Below, piece after piece: positions 27,449 to 37,098 of a stretch of 49,967 nucleotides of DNA. Under the pieces are notes generated by a model. That model saw only the letters and a list, made by a program, of their open reading frames with translations. It made no database searches and was not told where the DNA came from. The stretch's first letter is position 1, and every line of letters begins with the position of its first letter. The translations under genes and the position numbers were made by a program. Source of the stretch: a virus (lineage: Duplodnaviria > Caudoviricetes); the IMG/VR virus record IMGVR_UViG_3300026123_000400, positions 1 to 49,967 of that record; one strand, written 5' to 3'.

Positions 27449-27549
27449 GCGTGGTGTACATAATGACTGTGAAGACAAGTTTGAAAATGCCATTACTGAC
27501 TTGATTCTCGCTGAATAATAAAAAATCTCTTTGTTAACTTTATCACATA

Positions 27550-27572
27550 GCCCACTAGTAGTGGGCATTTTT
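27550..27572 (+). terminator. terminator-like hairpin
   Basis: GCCCACT-agt-AGTGGGC followed by a T-run. Confidence 0.65.
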
Positions 27573-27584
27573 ATAAATAGTATT

Positions 27585-28274
27585 ATGAAATATATAGAAC
27601 TACTTGAAGCCAAAGTCCCACACGATGAAGAATTTTTACAAATTCTGTCTGGATATATTGATGAATCCAATGCTGAATATCAACATTATTTAGATAGTAA
27701 TGGTGATGTTGATGACATAGAAGAACTAGCAGACATTATCAATCATAACATTGACGATGATTTACCAATTGAATTCCACGTTAATCATGAGCCAAGACAA
27801 GATCCCACTGAATGGGCGTCTGCTATGGCGGATTATAATGACCGTGAAGGCGAGTTTGTCACAGTCATTTTACATGCTAAGAATCTTGAAGGAAAATGGG
27901 GACCTAAAACATTCAAAGATTTAGTCATAGATATGATTAAACATGAGACCATTCATTTGGGGCAATACAAGCGAATTCCAAAAGAAAAGTTCCCACAACT
28001 TAAGTCTGGTCATCAAAAAGGTATGGATAAGATCCGTGCTGGCGGTGATGAAAGTGATTGGACACGACACTATCTTGCTGATCCACATGAGTTGATGGCG
28101 TATGGTAATGACTTAGCAGGACAGATAAAGCGCACAGAAGACCCTGAAGACGCACTTCGTAATCCTGCTAAGTACATGGATGAACTATCGGTGTACAAAC
28201 GCTACAGTGGCGTATTTGGGAAGCATTCCAAAGAACTAAAGCAACTACTTCGTTATGCGGCTTCTTACATGTAA
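27585..28274 (+). CDS. late protein with HExxH motif, putative head-internal protein
   Basis: TATAAATA at 27572; MKYIELLE; [17 protein letters not shown]. Confidence 0.75.
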   Translation: MKYIELLEAKVPHDEEFLQILSGYIDESNAEYQHYLDSNGDVDDIEELADIINHNIDDDLPIEFHVNHEPRQDPTEWASAMADYNDREGEFVTVILHAKNLEGKWGPKTFKDLVIDMIKHETIHLGQYKRIPKEKFPQLKSGHQKGMDKIRAGGDESDWTRHYLADPHELMAYGNDLAGQIKRTEDPEDALRNPAKYMDELSVYKRYSGVFGKHSKELKQLLRYAASYM

Positions 28275-28317
28275 ATAGATACCGTATATATTTAATAAGG
28301 AGTATGGCGAAAACCAG

Positions 28318-28346
28318 AAAAAAGGGACTTTTCAGTCCCTTTTCTT
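28318..28346. terminator. bidirectional terminator
   Basis: AAAAGGGACT-tttc-AGTCCCTTTT between convergent genes. Confidence 0.8.
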
Positions 28347-29099
28347 TTATTCTTCGTCTCCGTAAATTTGTAATATTTCAATGACGGCCGGATGCCTTTC
28401 AACGTCCATCAGTTCAAAACGACTTGTAGTAATGTGTTTTAAATCTGCTGTTTCATAGGCTTCTACTAACTTCATAAAGTCGGAGAGACCATTTTCTGAA
28501 AATCCTCTATCGTGTTGCTTTAGGTCTCCTGTGACTACCATCTTAGTACCGTTGCCTATACGAGTCAGTAACATTTTCATTTGCTGTTTGGTTGCGTTTT
28601 GCATTTCATCAGCGATGATCCAGCAATTATGGAATGTTCGTCCGCGCATATATGCTAACGGTGCTATTTCAATAACTTTATTGTATAGCATATCCTCAAT
28701 TTGCTCCATCGTGTAATACTCTTGGAATACATCCATGATAGGTATTACCCATGGTGCCATTTTTTCATTTAAGTCTCCCGGTAAAAATCCATGTTCTTCG
28801 TCCACTGATACAGCAGGACGAGTGATAATGATTTTACTCACCTCCTTATTCATTAACTGTTTTATACCCATTTGTGTACATAGCAAGGTTTTACCGGTAC
28901 CCGCAGGTCCAATAGCAAATACTATATTGCGACCTGGGTCTGCAAGATCATATAGATAATCTTCTTGCGCTATGTTTCTGGGTAAGATTGTTGGAATGCG
29001 TTTTTTGTGGATTGGTACCACATTTCCTTGATAGACTTCGTGATTACGAGTGCTATCTACTCGTTGGGGTTGTTTCTCAATGCGTTTTTTACGCGCCAT
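28347..29099 (-). CDS. phoH: PhoH-like ATPase
   Basis: GPAGTGKT, TRPAV, GFLPG, APLAYMRGRT, DEMQN, GDLKQHD, VERH. Confidence 0.95.
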   Translation of the reverse strand: MARKKRIEKQPQRVDSTRNHEVYQGNVVPIHKKRIPTILPRNIAQEDYLYDLADPGRNIVFAIGPAGTGKTLLCTQMGIKQLMNKEVSKIIITRPAVSVDEEHGFLPGDLNEKMAPWVIPIMDVFQEYYTMEQIEDMLYNKVIEIAPLAYMRGRTFHNCWIIADEMQNATKQQMKMLLTRIGNGTKMVVTGDLKQHDRGFSENGLSDFMKLVEAYETADLKHITTSRFELMDVERHPAVIEILQIYGDEE

Positions 29100-29355
29100 T
29101 TTCGTTCCTCCAAATGGGGGATTTCAGAAATGAGAACCTCATGCTCTCATATATATACTTATCTTCGGAATTCATATTATGTCTGAAAATTAAGTATATC
29201 TCTTATATTACTATGTTATTAACGGTGTTGTCAATAGTAATAAAAATTATATTTCTATTGCGTACCCCTAAAATTTGTAGTATAATGTAAAGTACCAGCA
29301 TATTGTGTTCAAAAGATAAATACATTCATAAGACTATTAACGGAGAATTTACAGA

Positions 29356-29874
29356 ATGTCTACAATAGAAAACAATGAGATCCTAGATAATCTAAGACGC
29401 ATTGACAAGAATACAACATTGTTGGATATGCTACTTGAGTTTGAGCATGTATTAGATAAGCAGGGATTATACGTTTACAAACATTGGAAACTGGGTGAGG
29501 TTGTTGATGGACCAAATCTATCACGACACTGGCTGTATGTTAAACTAATGTACCCATACACCAAAATGCCTGAACCAGTTGGAGCAAGACGTTTGACTGA
29601 ATTAGGTTGTGAAGTGGAGTTTAACAAAGGCAAACTTAAAGTGCCAGTTGACCCTAAATCACCAGAAGATTTAGACGAAGAAGGCAAACCAATCTTGAAA
29701 GAACATAAGATATGGTTGATAGACATTTGGATGCCTCGCAAGTTCGTAGATGAATTTGCTGATGGTAAAGTATCACTAGGCGATGATGAGGTTGATACTG
29801 AAGAACTAAACCAAGCATACGATAGAGGCTTGGATGATGACACTAACGTGGCGCAACAGCAACAACAAGGGTAA
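29356..29874 (+). CDS. conserved phage late protein
   Basis: ATAAATA at 29316; SD GGAG. Confidence 0.8.
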   Translation: MSTIENNEILDNLRRIDKNTTLLDMLLEFEHVLDKQGLYVYKHWKLGEVVDGPNLSRHWLYVKLMYPYTKMPEPVGARRLTELGCEVEFNKGKLKVPVDPKSPEDLDEEGKPILKEHKIWLIDIWMPRKFVDEFADGKVSLGDDEVDTEELNQAYDRGLDDDTNVAQQQQQG

Positions 29875-29879
29875 CTGAC

Positions 29880-30290
29880 ATGAAAAGAAAGATTTACGAA
29901 GGAGTAGCAGAGGGTGACCTACAGTCACTTGTTAAAAATGTTGTAAGCATAGGCGAATATGAACCTAAAACTGGCACAAATAACGAAGTGATGGTTATAG
30001 GTTTCTATGTTGTAGACGAAGCGCCAGCAAATGATTTGGCAGTGTTTATTGAGCGTGGAACCTCAGGAGCACTAGACACAGAAGTTTCACCAAACCCTGA
30101 TGACGAAGGTTATTACATGGTGTTTGTTGAAGTTGACAACGACACAGACGCAATGACTAAAACATTTGAAATTATATGTGATGCGTCTAGGTTGACAAAC
30201 CTCGAAGAATGGACATTACAGTTCTATTCAGGTAAAGAAATAACATTAAAGGAGAAAGATATTAACGCATGGCTAAAGAGCAACCGTTAG
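29880..30290 (+). CDS. hypothetical protein
   Basis: ORF track; operon position. Confidence 0.78.
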   Translation: MKRKIYEGVAEGDLQSLVKNVVSIGEYEPKTGTNNEVMVIGFYVVDEAPANDLAVFIERGTSGALDTEVSPNPDDEGYYMVFVEVDNDTDAMTKTFEIICDASRLTNLEEWTLQFYSGKEITLKEKDINAWLKSNR

Positions 30291-30490
30291 AATTTGAAGG
30301 CATCGTAACTGATGTAATGGCAGGCGGAAGATTCACAGTAAAACTGGAAGATAACGACCACGAAATCTTGGCAACATTGTCGGGTAAAATGAGAACAAAC
30401 AATATTAAAGTCATAATGAGTGACAAGGTAAAAGTAGAAATGACTCCGTATGATTTGTCTCGAGGCAGAATAGTATTTAGGTACAAATAA
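30269..30490 (+). CDS. infA: translation initiation factor IF-1
   Basis: MAKEQPLEFEGIV..F.VKLE..SGKMR..I....DKVKVEMTPYDLSRGRIVFRYK. Confidence 0.95.
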   Translation: MAKEQPLEFEGIVTDVMAGGRFTVKLEDNDHEILATLSGKMRTNNIKVIMSDKVKVEMTPYDLSRGRIVFRYK

Positions 30491-30963
30491 TGTTTACAGC
30501 ACTAATAGGTAAGTACAAAGTGTACATGGTAATGGCCGCAGTATTTGGCACATTCGCATTGGTTGCTTACTTCTATTACAAAAACACACAAGCAGAACTA
30601 AAGGCGTATGCAGTTCAAACTGCTACGCTTGAATCAGCACTAGAACAACAAAAACAAACGACAGACGCACTAAAACGAGATATAAGATTGATGCAAGATA
30701 CGCTAACGTATCTAAACAACGAGTTTGAAAAATCTCGTCAGGCTGTTTCTGATATACAAGTCGCACTATCCGAAAATAGTGACGGCAGCAAACGGGACAT
30801 TGGTAAAAATGCCATCGAGGATCCCATAGGCGTTGAAGAAGCAATAAATATAGGCACAGATGAAGTGTTTAGTTGTATATCTTCACTAAGCCAAAACGGA
30901 GGTAATGAAGGTGATAAGGCTATTATTCGTTGTCCTAGCGACAATGCTACTGGCGGGATGTAG
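30490..30963 (+). CDS. i-spanin-like protein
   Basis: N-terminal TM plus coiled coil; overlaps the downstream lipoprotein gene. Confidence 0.65.
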   Translation: MFTALIGKYKVYMVMAAVFGTFALVAYFYYKNTQAELKAYAVQTATLESALEQQKQTTDALKRDIRLMQDTLTYLNNEFEKSRQAVSDIQVALSENSDGSKRDIGKNAIEDPIGVEEAINIGTDEVFSCISSLSQNGGNEGDKAIIRCPSDNATGGM

Positions 30964-31258
30964 TATATTTGACCGCATAATTAATGTTGATACTGCCCCA
31001 ATAGAACGTCCCCAACTTGTTGTTCCCGACATTGAGGAATTTAACTCTAGACCCATACAGTGGATTGTAGTAACCGAAGATAATGTCCAACAAATTTTTG
31101 ATGACCTTAAAGCACAGAATGTAGATATCGCATTATTTGCATTAACTGATGGTGATTATGAAAACCTTGCATTGAATATGGGTGATATCATAAAACTTAT
31201 TCAACAGCAAAAGGCAATCATAGCGGCATACAAACAGTACTATGAAACGCAAGAGTGA
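30905..31258 (+). CDS. o-spanin-like lipoprotein
   Basis: Lipobox LLAGC; SD GGAGGT; YENLALNM..IQQQKAII.Y. Confidence 0.7.
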   Translation: MKVIRLLFVVLATMLLAGCSIFDRIINVDTAPIERPQLVVPDIEEFNSRPIQWIVVTEDNVQQIFDDLKAQNVDIALFALTDGDYENLALNMGDIIKLIQQQKAIIAAYKQYYETQE

Positions 31259-31625
31259 CCCCCATAGCATATTAGGAGTTTCTAAATTTGCCACAATGAA
31301 CGAAATAACTCATGCGTATAGGAAGTTAGCGTCCGCGTTACATCCAGATAAAGGCGGTGATCCGGAGAAGTTTATGCGAGTGCATGAGGCGTACAACACA
31401 TTAAAGACGTTGCCAGAGAAACAAGGCATTATAAATATGGAAATTATTTCCACTCCAAAAGAACTTGTGTCTTTACTAGGAGAAAAAGTTGTGCTATCAT
31501 ATAAAGATATAGAGTTTGAAATTGTGATACCATACACTACACGAGTCGGCGACACAATCAAAGTACACAACATAATTGAAAATATAGATTTATCAGTTAA
31601 AATAAAGGACAGATATGAGCAATAA
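31242..31625 (+). CDS. J-domain (DnaJ-like) protein
   Basis: ILGVS..EI..AYRKLA..LHPDKGGD..KF..V.EAY. Confidence 0.9.
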   Translation: MKRKSDPHSILGVSKFATMNEITHAYRKLASALHPDKGGDPEKFMRVHEAYNTLKTLPEKQGIINMEIISTPKELVSLLGEKVVLSYKDIEFEIVIPYTTRVGDTIKVHNIIENIDLSVKIKDRYEQ

Positions 31626-33834
31626 TCAAGATAGAGTAAATGAAACAATAGACCGTGCAATCGATAAAGCGCAGTCACTATCACATGAATATGTTACATT
31701 GGAGCATTTGCTTTATGCTTTGATGGACGATGATGACGTATGTTCATTTTTAGGTGTGCTGGGTGTTGATTCTGACGCCGTGTATAACGATTTGGAACAG
31801 TACCTTGAACAACGCACTGATATCCCTACAGCACCGGATTCTCCGCCAAAGAAAACACTTGCTATGGACCGAGTATTCAATCGTGCTGTAACACAAGCAA
31901 TCTTTAATGGCAAGCAAATGTTGTATACTCGTGACATTCTAGTATCGCTTCTAAGTGAAAAAGATTCGTATGCTCATTTCATTCTAACTAAAAATGGTGC
32001 TACACGAGATAAAGCAATTGAAATTATTACACAAGAACATCAACAGCAGATGGGCGCACATGGTCAGCAAGGTCAGCAAGGACAACAGCCTGTTCGTTTT
32101 GAAGACTTTTGCACAAATCTAAATAAAGCAGCCGCCGAGGGTGCTATTGACCCCATCATTGGCAGACAAGAAGAACTCACAGAAGTAGCAGAAGTATTGG
32201 CTCGCCGTAAGAAAAACAACATTATCATTGTTGGTGAACCAGGCGTAGGTAAAACTGCTATCGCCGAAGGTCTTGCACTAATGATTGTTGAAGGCAATGT
32301 ACCGCATACACTTGAAAACAAGATTGTGTACTCACTTGATGTTACTGCAATGGTCGCAGGTACTAAGTTCCGAGGCGAATTTGAAGAACGTGCTAAAATT
32401 GTGTTTGACCAGTTGTCAGAAAAAGACAATGCTATTCTATTCATTGATGAAATTCATATGATTATGGGTGCAGGCAATGCAGGAAGTTCAAATATTGATA
32501 TTGCTAACTTGCTGAAACCTCTACTTGCGAGTGGCAAACTTCACTGTATTGGCGCAACAACATCCGAAGAGTATCGTGAAAACTTCGAAAAGGATCGTGC
32601 GCTTCAACGCCGATTCCAACGTCTAAACATTGACCAGCCAAATAACGCCGATACGAAATTGATTCTTCGTGGCATCAAAGAATACTATGAACACTTCCAC
32701 GAAATTGAATATACCGATGAAGCACTTGACGCTGCCGTAGACCTTGCTGAACGTTATATCTTCAACAAGTACAACCCGGACCGTGCTTTAGATGTAATCG
32801 ATGTAGCGGGCGCACAAGCGAAGTTACACCAAACAACAACTACTATCACAATAGATGAGGTTCGTAAGGCTGTTTCTAAGATTGCGGGTATCGCAATTGA
32901 TATGATAGATGCGAAACAAAATACAAACTATGAAAAACTAGAAGGCAACATCAAAGGCAAACTGTTTGGACAGGATGAAGCAGTAGAACAACTTACAGAG
33001 GCAATCTTCATTGCCAAAGCAGGTATGCGACCACGCAATAAACCCATTGGGTCATTCTTGTTTGTTGGGCCAACTGGCACAGGTAAGACAGAACTATGTC
33101 GCCAACTTGCTGATAACCTAAATGTTAAGTTGCGCAAATACGACATGTCTGAGTACATGGAATCGCATTCAAGTGCTAAACTTATTGGTGCTCCTCCAGG
33201 TTATGTTGGTCACGGTGAAGGCGGCACTGGTAGCGGCAAATTAATCAATGACATTGAGGAATCACCAAACTGTATTCTACTACTTGACGAAGTTGAAAAA
33301 GCACACCCTAGTGTAATGAACTTGTTACTACAAGTTATGGACGATGGTAAACTTACATCTTCCACTGGCAAAGCCGCAGACTTTAGTAATGTGATTCTTA
33401 TTATGACTTCAAACTTGGGTGCGGCACAGGCGGCTAAACAAGGCATTGGTTTTAGTAATGACCACGATGATGCGAGCACTGTGGCAGTAGAAAAGTTCTT
33501 TAGTCCTGAATTCCGTAACCGTCTTGATGCTGTGGTTCAGTTTAAAAATCTTGGTAAAGATCACATCACCATGATTGTAGATAAATCGATGGATGAACTA
33601 AATACATTACTGGAAGATAAAAATGTAACTATCTCACTAACTGATGAAGCAAAATCATGGTTATGCGATAAAGGTTATCAGAAGAATATGGGTGCTCGTC
33701 CTCTAGGACGAGTGATACACGACAGTATTAAGAAACCTGTTTCAAAAGAAATACTGTTTGGCAGACTGGCAGATGGAGGCACTGTGGCCGTAGGGGTCAC
33801 AAACGGAGAATTAACGTTTGAGTACAATACGTAA
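31615..33834 (+). CDS. clpA: ClpA-like AAA+ chaperone
   Basis: HEYVTLEHLL, GEPGVGKT, FIDEIH, GPTGTGKT, DMSEYME, LLDEVEKAH, IGF loop, GARPL. Confidence 0.93.
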   Translation: MSNNQDRVNETIDRAIDKAQSLSHEYVTLEHLLYALMDDDDVCSFLGVLGVDSDAVYNDLEQYLEQRTDIPTAPDSPPKKTLAMDRVFNRAVTQAIFNGKQMLYTRDILVSLLSEKDSYAHFILTKNGATRDKAIEIITQEHQQQMGAHGQQGQQGQQPVRFEDFCTNLNKAAAEGAIDPIIGRQEELTEVAEVLARRKKNNIIIVGEPGVGKTAIAEGLALMIVEGNVPHTLENKIVYSLDVTAMVAGTKFRGEFEERAKIVFDQLSEKDNAILFIDEIHMIMGAGNAGSSNIDIANLLKPLLASGKLHCIGATTSEEYRENFEKDRALQRRFQRLNIDQPNNADTKLILRGIKEYYEHFHEIEYTDEALDAAVDLAERYIFNKYNPDRALDVIDVAGAQAKLHQTTTTITIDEVRKAVSKIAGIAIDMIDAKQNTNYEKLEGNIKGKLFGQDEAVEQLTEAIFIAKAGMRPRNKPIGSFLFVGPTGTGKTELCRQLADNLNVKLRKYDMSEYMESHSSAKLIGAPPGYVGHGEGGTGSGKLINDIEESPNCILLLDEVEKAHPSVMNLLLQVMDDGKLTSSTGKAADFSNVILIMTSNLGAAQAAKQGIGFSNDHDDASTVAVEKFFSPEFRNRLDAVVQFKNLGKDHITMIVDKSMDELNTLLEDKNVTISLTDEAKSWLCDKGYQKNMGARPLGRVIHDSIKKPVSKEILFGRLADGGTVAVGVTNGELTFEYNT

Positions 33835-34540
33835 ATCAACAATTTATACACCGTATTTTGGCAAGTACGCATACAGAATACGGTTTATAAAACTTGCGAG
33901 ATTTGCTAATCGCTTGTTGGAGTACGCCATCCACGGTAAGGAAATAATAAAGTCGCATTGGATGTATCATAGTATACCGTACATCCATGAAGTTTATCCC
34001 AGAACGCAGGAAGAATTGGAATCAAGATTAGAGTTAGCCAATATACTACAAATAATGGCAGCCACTGACAAAGAAAACCAATTACTGGTACACCATACAA
34101 AAGCATCTTTTTTGTATTTGCGTAAGAAAGAAGACTACGACCAATACCTACAATCAATAGACCATAAATATATTTTAGATTGTACTGAACCGGAAAATGA
34201 TAGGGTACTAACCATACATGAATCATTACATAAGAATGACGATTTGCGTAAAACATTATACTTCAACAAGTACAAACACAAACTAACATTTGAAACAATA
34301 AACAACAATGTTTCACACCTGGATGTTAGCAAAATAGCCAGAACATTAGAATCAAACACTGATATCAAACTAAATAAACCTATGAGGGATGCTTTAGATT
34401 TTACTCACATGTTTTGGTGGAGATACCGAGAACATTGTATATATTGTTTGGACGAATCTGCACTTATGTACGCACTACTTATGGTAGGAGACGATGTTAA
34501 GCGCATTCAAAATGCTGTTCTATTTTCAGACCTAGTGTAA
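33818..34540 (+). CDS. hypothetical protein
   Basis: TTG start after SD GGAG. Confidence 0.65.
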   Translation: MSTIRKSTIYTPYFGKYAYRIRFIKLARFANRLLEYAIHGKEIIKSHWMYHSIPYIHEVYPRTQEELESRLELANILQIMAATDKENQLLVHHTKASFLYLRKKEDYDQYLQSIDHKYILDCTEPENDRVLTIHESLHKNDDLRKTLYFNKYKHKLTFETINNNVSHLDVSKIARTLESNTDIKLNKPMRDALDFTHMFWWRYREHCIYCLDESALMYALLMVGDDVKRIQNAVLFSDLV

Positions 34541-34602
34541 ATCTCGCATATCATTCCTATTTGATAAATAAGTATGTAACAGATAAAAGCGAGGATATAA
34601 TC

Positions 34603-34779
34603 ATGGCTAAAATCAAAGAAGAACTATTGTTGATTAAAGTTTCAACTATACACAAAGATAGTGCGGATAACGATGGTGTTATCACGGATGAAATCATTTC
34701 TACAATAGAGCAAGTTGTTTCCGAATTGATAGGTGACGGCGCAGTGATTGAAGTTGAAACAATATCAAACGAGGAATGA
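34603..34779 (+). CDS. small late protein
   Basis: ATAAATA at 34564; SD GAGGA. Confidence 0.7.
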   Translation: MAKIKEELLLIKVSTIHKDSADNDGVITDEIISTIEQVVSELIGDGAVIEVETISNEE

Positions 34780-34784
34780 ATTAA

Positions 34785-35153
34785 ATGGCACGTAAAACTA
34801 CGGTCCTAATGGGAAATAGTGGGACAAAATTGAACTTAATCGGAGATCCAGTCCCTGGAGATAGTTACTATGGATACACAGATGGAATACATACTGTTGC
34901 TATCTATGGTGAAAACTTAACCGGTCGCATTCGTATTCAAGGGACATTAGCGAAGCATCCGACCGAAGAAGATTGGTTTAACATTTTGTTAAGCGGTATT
35001 CCATACCGTGACTACACTGAGTTTACCGGTGTAGAAGGTTTTACTTTTACAGCCAATCTAGTATATTTAAGAGCCGTGTTAGACCGCGACTCTTTTGGTA
35101 TCACTGATGTAGCGGAAGCAGGGTACGTTGAAAAGATTTATATGAATTATTAA
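34785..35153 (+). CDS. putative virion structural protein
   Basis: Late operon; beta-rich sequence. Confidence 0.7.
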   Translation: MARKTTVLMGNSGTKLNLIGDPVPGDSYYGYTDGIHTVAIYGENLTGRIRIQGTLAKHPTEEDWFNILLSGIPYRDYTEFTGVEGFTFTANLVYLRAVLDRDSFGITDVAEAGYVEKIYMNY

Positions 35154-35165
35154 GGGGCAAAATAT

Positions 35166-37088
35166 ATGAGTATTAACGCACAACCATTTGACCCGGCTTT
35201 CAAACTAGTAGGAACATTAGAAGAAGGTCAGGTACTAGCATTTGATGTTAGTGAAAACGCATTTGTAAATGCGTACACTGACGGGACAACGGCAAACGCA
35301 AATGTTGCCACAATAACAACTATAACAAATACAGGCGCAGGTGCGGGAATATCAGCAGGTGTCGTTGGTAGTACACTTTCACTAAAATCACTAGTTGAAG
35401 GTCCAGGTATTACTATAACAGATAATGGCGACTCACTGGTAATCGAATCCGCCATAGTGGATCATCTTCAAACTGGTACTAACTTAGGTAGCGGCGCCCC
35501 TGTTTTTGCTCAAGTTAATACTAGTAATCAACTAGAATTCAAAAGTATCGCAGGCGGTACCGGTGTCAATATCACAGATAACGGTCAGACTATCACCGTA
35601 AATATCGATAGTCAATTTGGTCAAGGTACATTCTTAGAAATAAGCAATAACCTTTCTGATTTGACAGATATGAATGCGGCTCGTAATACGTTAGGCGTTA
35701 TGTCTATAGCCGAAGCACAAGGTTCATTTATTAGAACCGATGCATCTTCTCTACCTGAACAAGATAGATTATACGACATTGGTTCTCCTCTACGTAGATA
35801 CAATGATATCTATGCAGAAACATTCCAAGGTACTGCGACATTAGCAGACAACCTAACTATCACAGGCCCTACAGGTAGTGTGTTAGTATACGATGGTAAT
35901 CGTTGGGTAGCAGGCAATGTGCCTACTGTTTCTGGTAATACCGGTTCTACATTCAGCGGCGACTACAACGACTTGGCTAATACTCCTGACCTATCAGGGT
36001 ATCTTACTGCCGGCTCATTAACAAATGAATTCGTAAGTCTAACTAGTAATTCACACCCTGATGTTGACAAAGCATATGATATTGGTACTCCACAATACCG
36101 TTATAACGATATCTATGCAGAAACATTCCAAGGTACTGCGACACTAGCAGATAACCTAACTATTACAGGAAACGTAGGTGATTTCTTACGTTATGATGGT
36201 ACACGTTGGGAGGCGGGTCAAGGTCAAACACTAACTCTAAACGGCACAATCTTAGAACTATCTGAAGGCAACTCTGTTGACCTATCAACTATGGTAGCAG
36301 GTGATTGGGCAACAACAAGTTATGTTGATAACGCAATTTCTGATGTTGTAGGTCTTGCTCCGGCAACACTAGATACACTACAAGAACTTTCTGAAGCAAT
36401 TGGTAACGATCCTGCTTTCTTGAATAATATTACTTCTATCTCAAGTGACTTGCAGGATGAAATAGACCGTATTGAAGTTGGTGCAGGATTAGATGCTTCG
36501 GGCTCATATGTTGCTGACTTCACAACTAATTACTTACAAAGTGCCACTTCACTGAAAGATGCGGATAAGAAACTTGATGCTGAAATCAAAGCATTGAATG
36601 ATACTGTTGCTGGTCTATCAGGTGGTAGCACAGGTACATTAGCAAATGTTGCATACAGCGGCGATTATAATGATTTGATTAACAAACCAGTAGGTACCGG
36701 CGGCGGTTCTGCGATGGTAGAAACGTTCAAAATCAACTACGCAACTGACGGCACAGTTTCAAGCATTTCTGATGCGTCTACTGGGATTTCGGGCACAACA
36801 GTTGCGAGTAGTGCCGGCGGACTAGTTGAAATTGAATTCAACGGTTACAATTTCCCACCAGCAGGCACTATGATTTACGGTTACGTTAAGGCAACAAATG
36901 AATATGTTGTTACTCCAGTAACTAAAGATATGACTACGCGTAAATTGTCAGGCGGAACTAATGGCGACTCGTTTGGTAACCTAGGCAATGCGAAGTTTAC
37001 ACTAACACTAACAGAAGCAAACACCGGCGCGTCTCGTACATTCGGTAGTACAACACACGCTTGGGTCATGCTAACAATGGTAGGATAA
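35166..37088 (+). CDS. tail-fibre-like structural protein
   Basis: NNLSDL..AARNTLG, SGDYNDL x2, APATLDTLQEL..AIGNDPAF; ~101-aa internal duplication. Confidence 0.8.
   Translation: MSINAQPFDPAFKLVGTLEEGQVLAFDVSENAFVNAYTDGTTANANVATITTITNTGAGAGISAGVVGSTLSLKSLVEGPGITITDNGDSLVIESAIVDHLQTGTNLGSGAPVFAQVNTSNQLEFKSIAGGTGVNITDNGQTITVNIDSQFGQGTFLEISNNLSDLTDMNAARNTLGVMSIAEAQGSFIRTDASSLPEQDRLYDIGSPLRRYNDIYAETFQGTATLADNLTITGPTGSVLVYDGNRWVAGNVPTVSGNTGSTFSGDYNDLANTPDLSGYLTAGSLTNEFVSLTSNSHPDVDKAYDIGTPQYRYNDIYAETFQGTATLADNLTITGNVGDFLRYDGTRWEAGQGQTLTLNGTILELSEGNSVDLSTMVAGDWATTSYVDNAISDVVGLAPATLDTLQELSEAIGNDPAFLNNITSISSDLQDEIDRIEVGAGLDASGSYVADFTTNYLQSATSLKDADKKLDAEIKALNDTVAGLSGGSTGTLANVAYSGDYNDLINKPVGTGGGSAMVETFKINYATDGTVSSISDASTGISGTTVASSAGGLVEIEFNGYNFPPAGTMIYGYVKATNEYVVTPVTKDMTTRKLSGGTNGDSFGNLGNAKFTLTLTEANTGASRTFGSTTHAWVMLTMVG
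35805..36162 (+). repeat. internal duplication (DIYAETFQGTATLADNLTITG)
   Basis: Near-identical ~55 nt at 35805 and 36108, 303 nt apart. Confidence 0.85.
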
Positions 37089-37098
37089 GGATTATAAT

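Larger units (their letters stand above)
26680..27521. mobile_element. GIY-YIG cassette bounded by a perfect 30-bp direct repeat
   Basis: ATTACTGACTTGATTCTCGCTGAATAATAA at 26680-26709 and 27492-27521. Confidence 0.85.

Noticed and set aside
27380-27670. 5' extension of the GIY-YIG ORF to 27670
   Set aside because: It crosses the conserved leader, a terminator and the next gene. The SD and the parallel with 8951 place the start at 27379.
29100-29355. tRNA or replication origin in the AT-rich divergent gap
   Set aside because: No cloverleaf or iterons are visible; divergent promoters explain the gap. No tRNA was recognised anywhere in the window.
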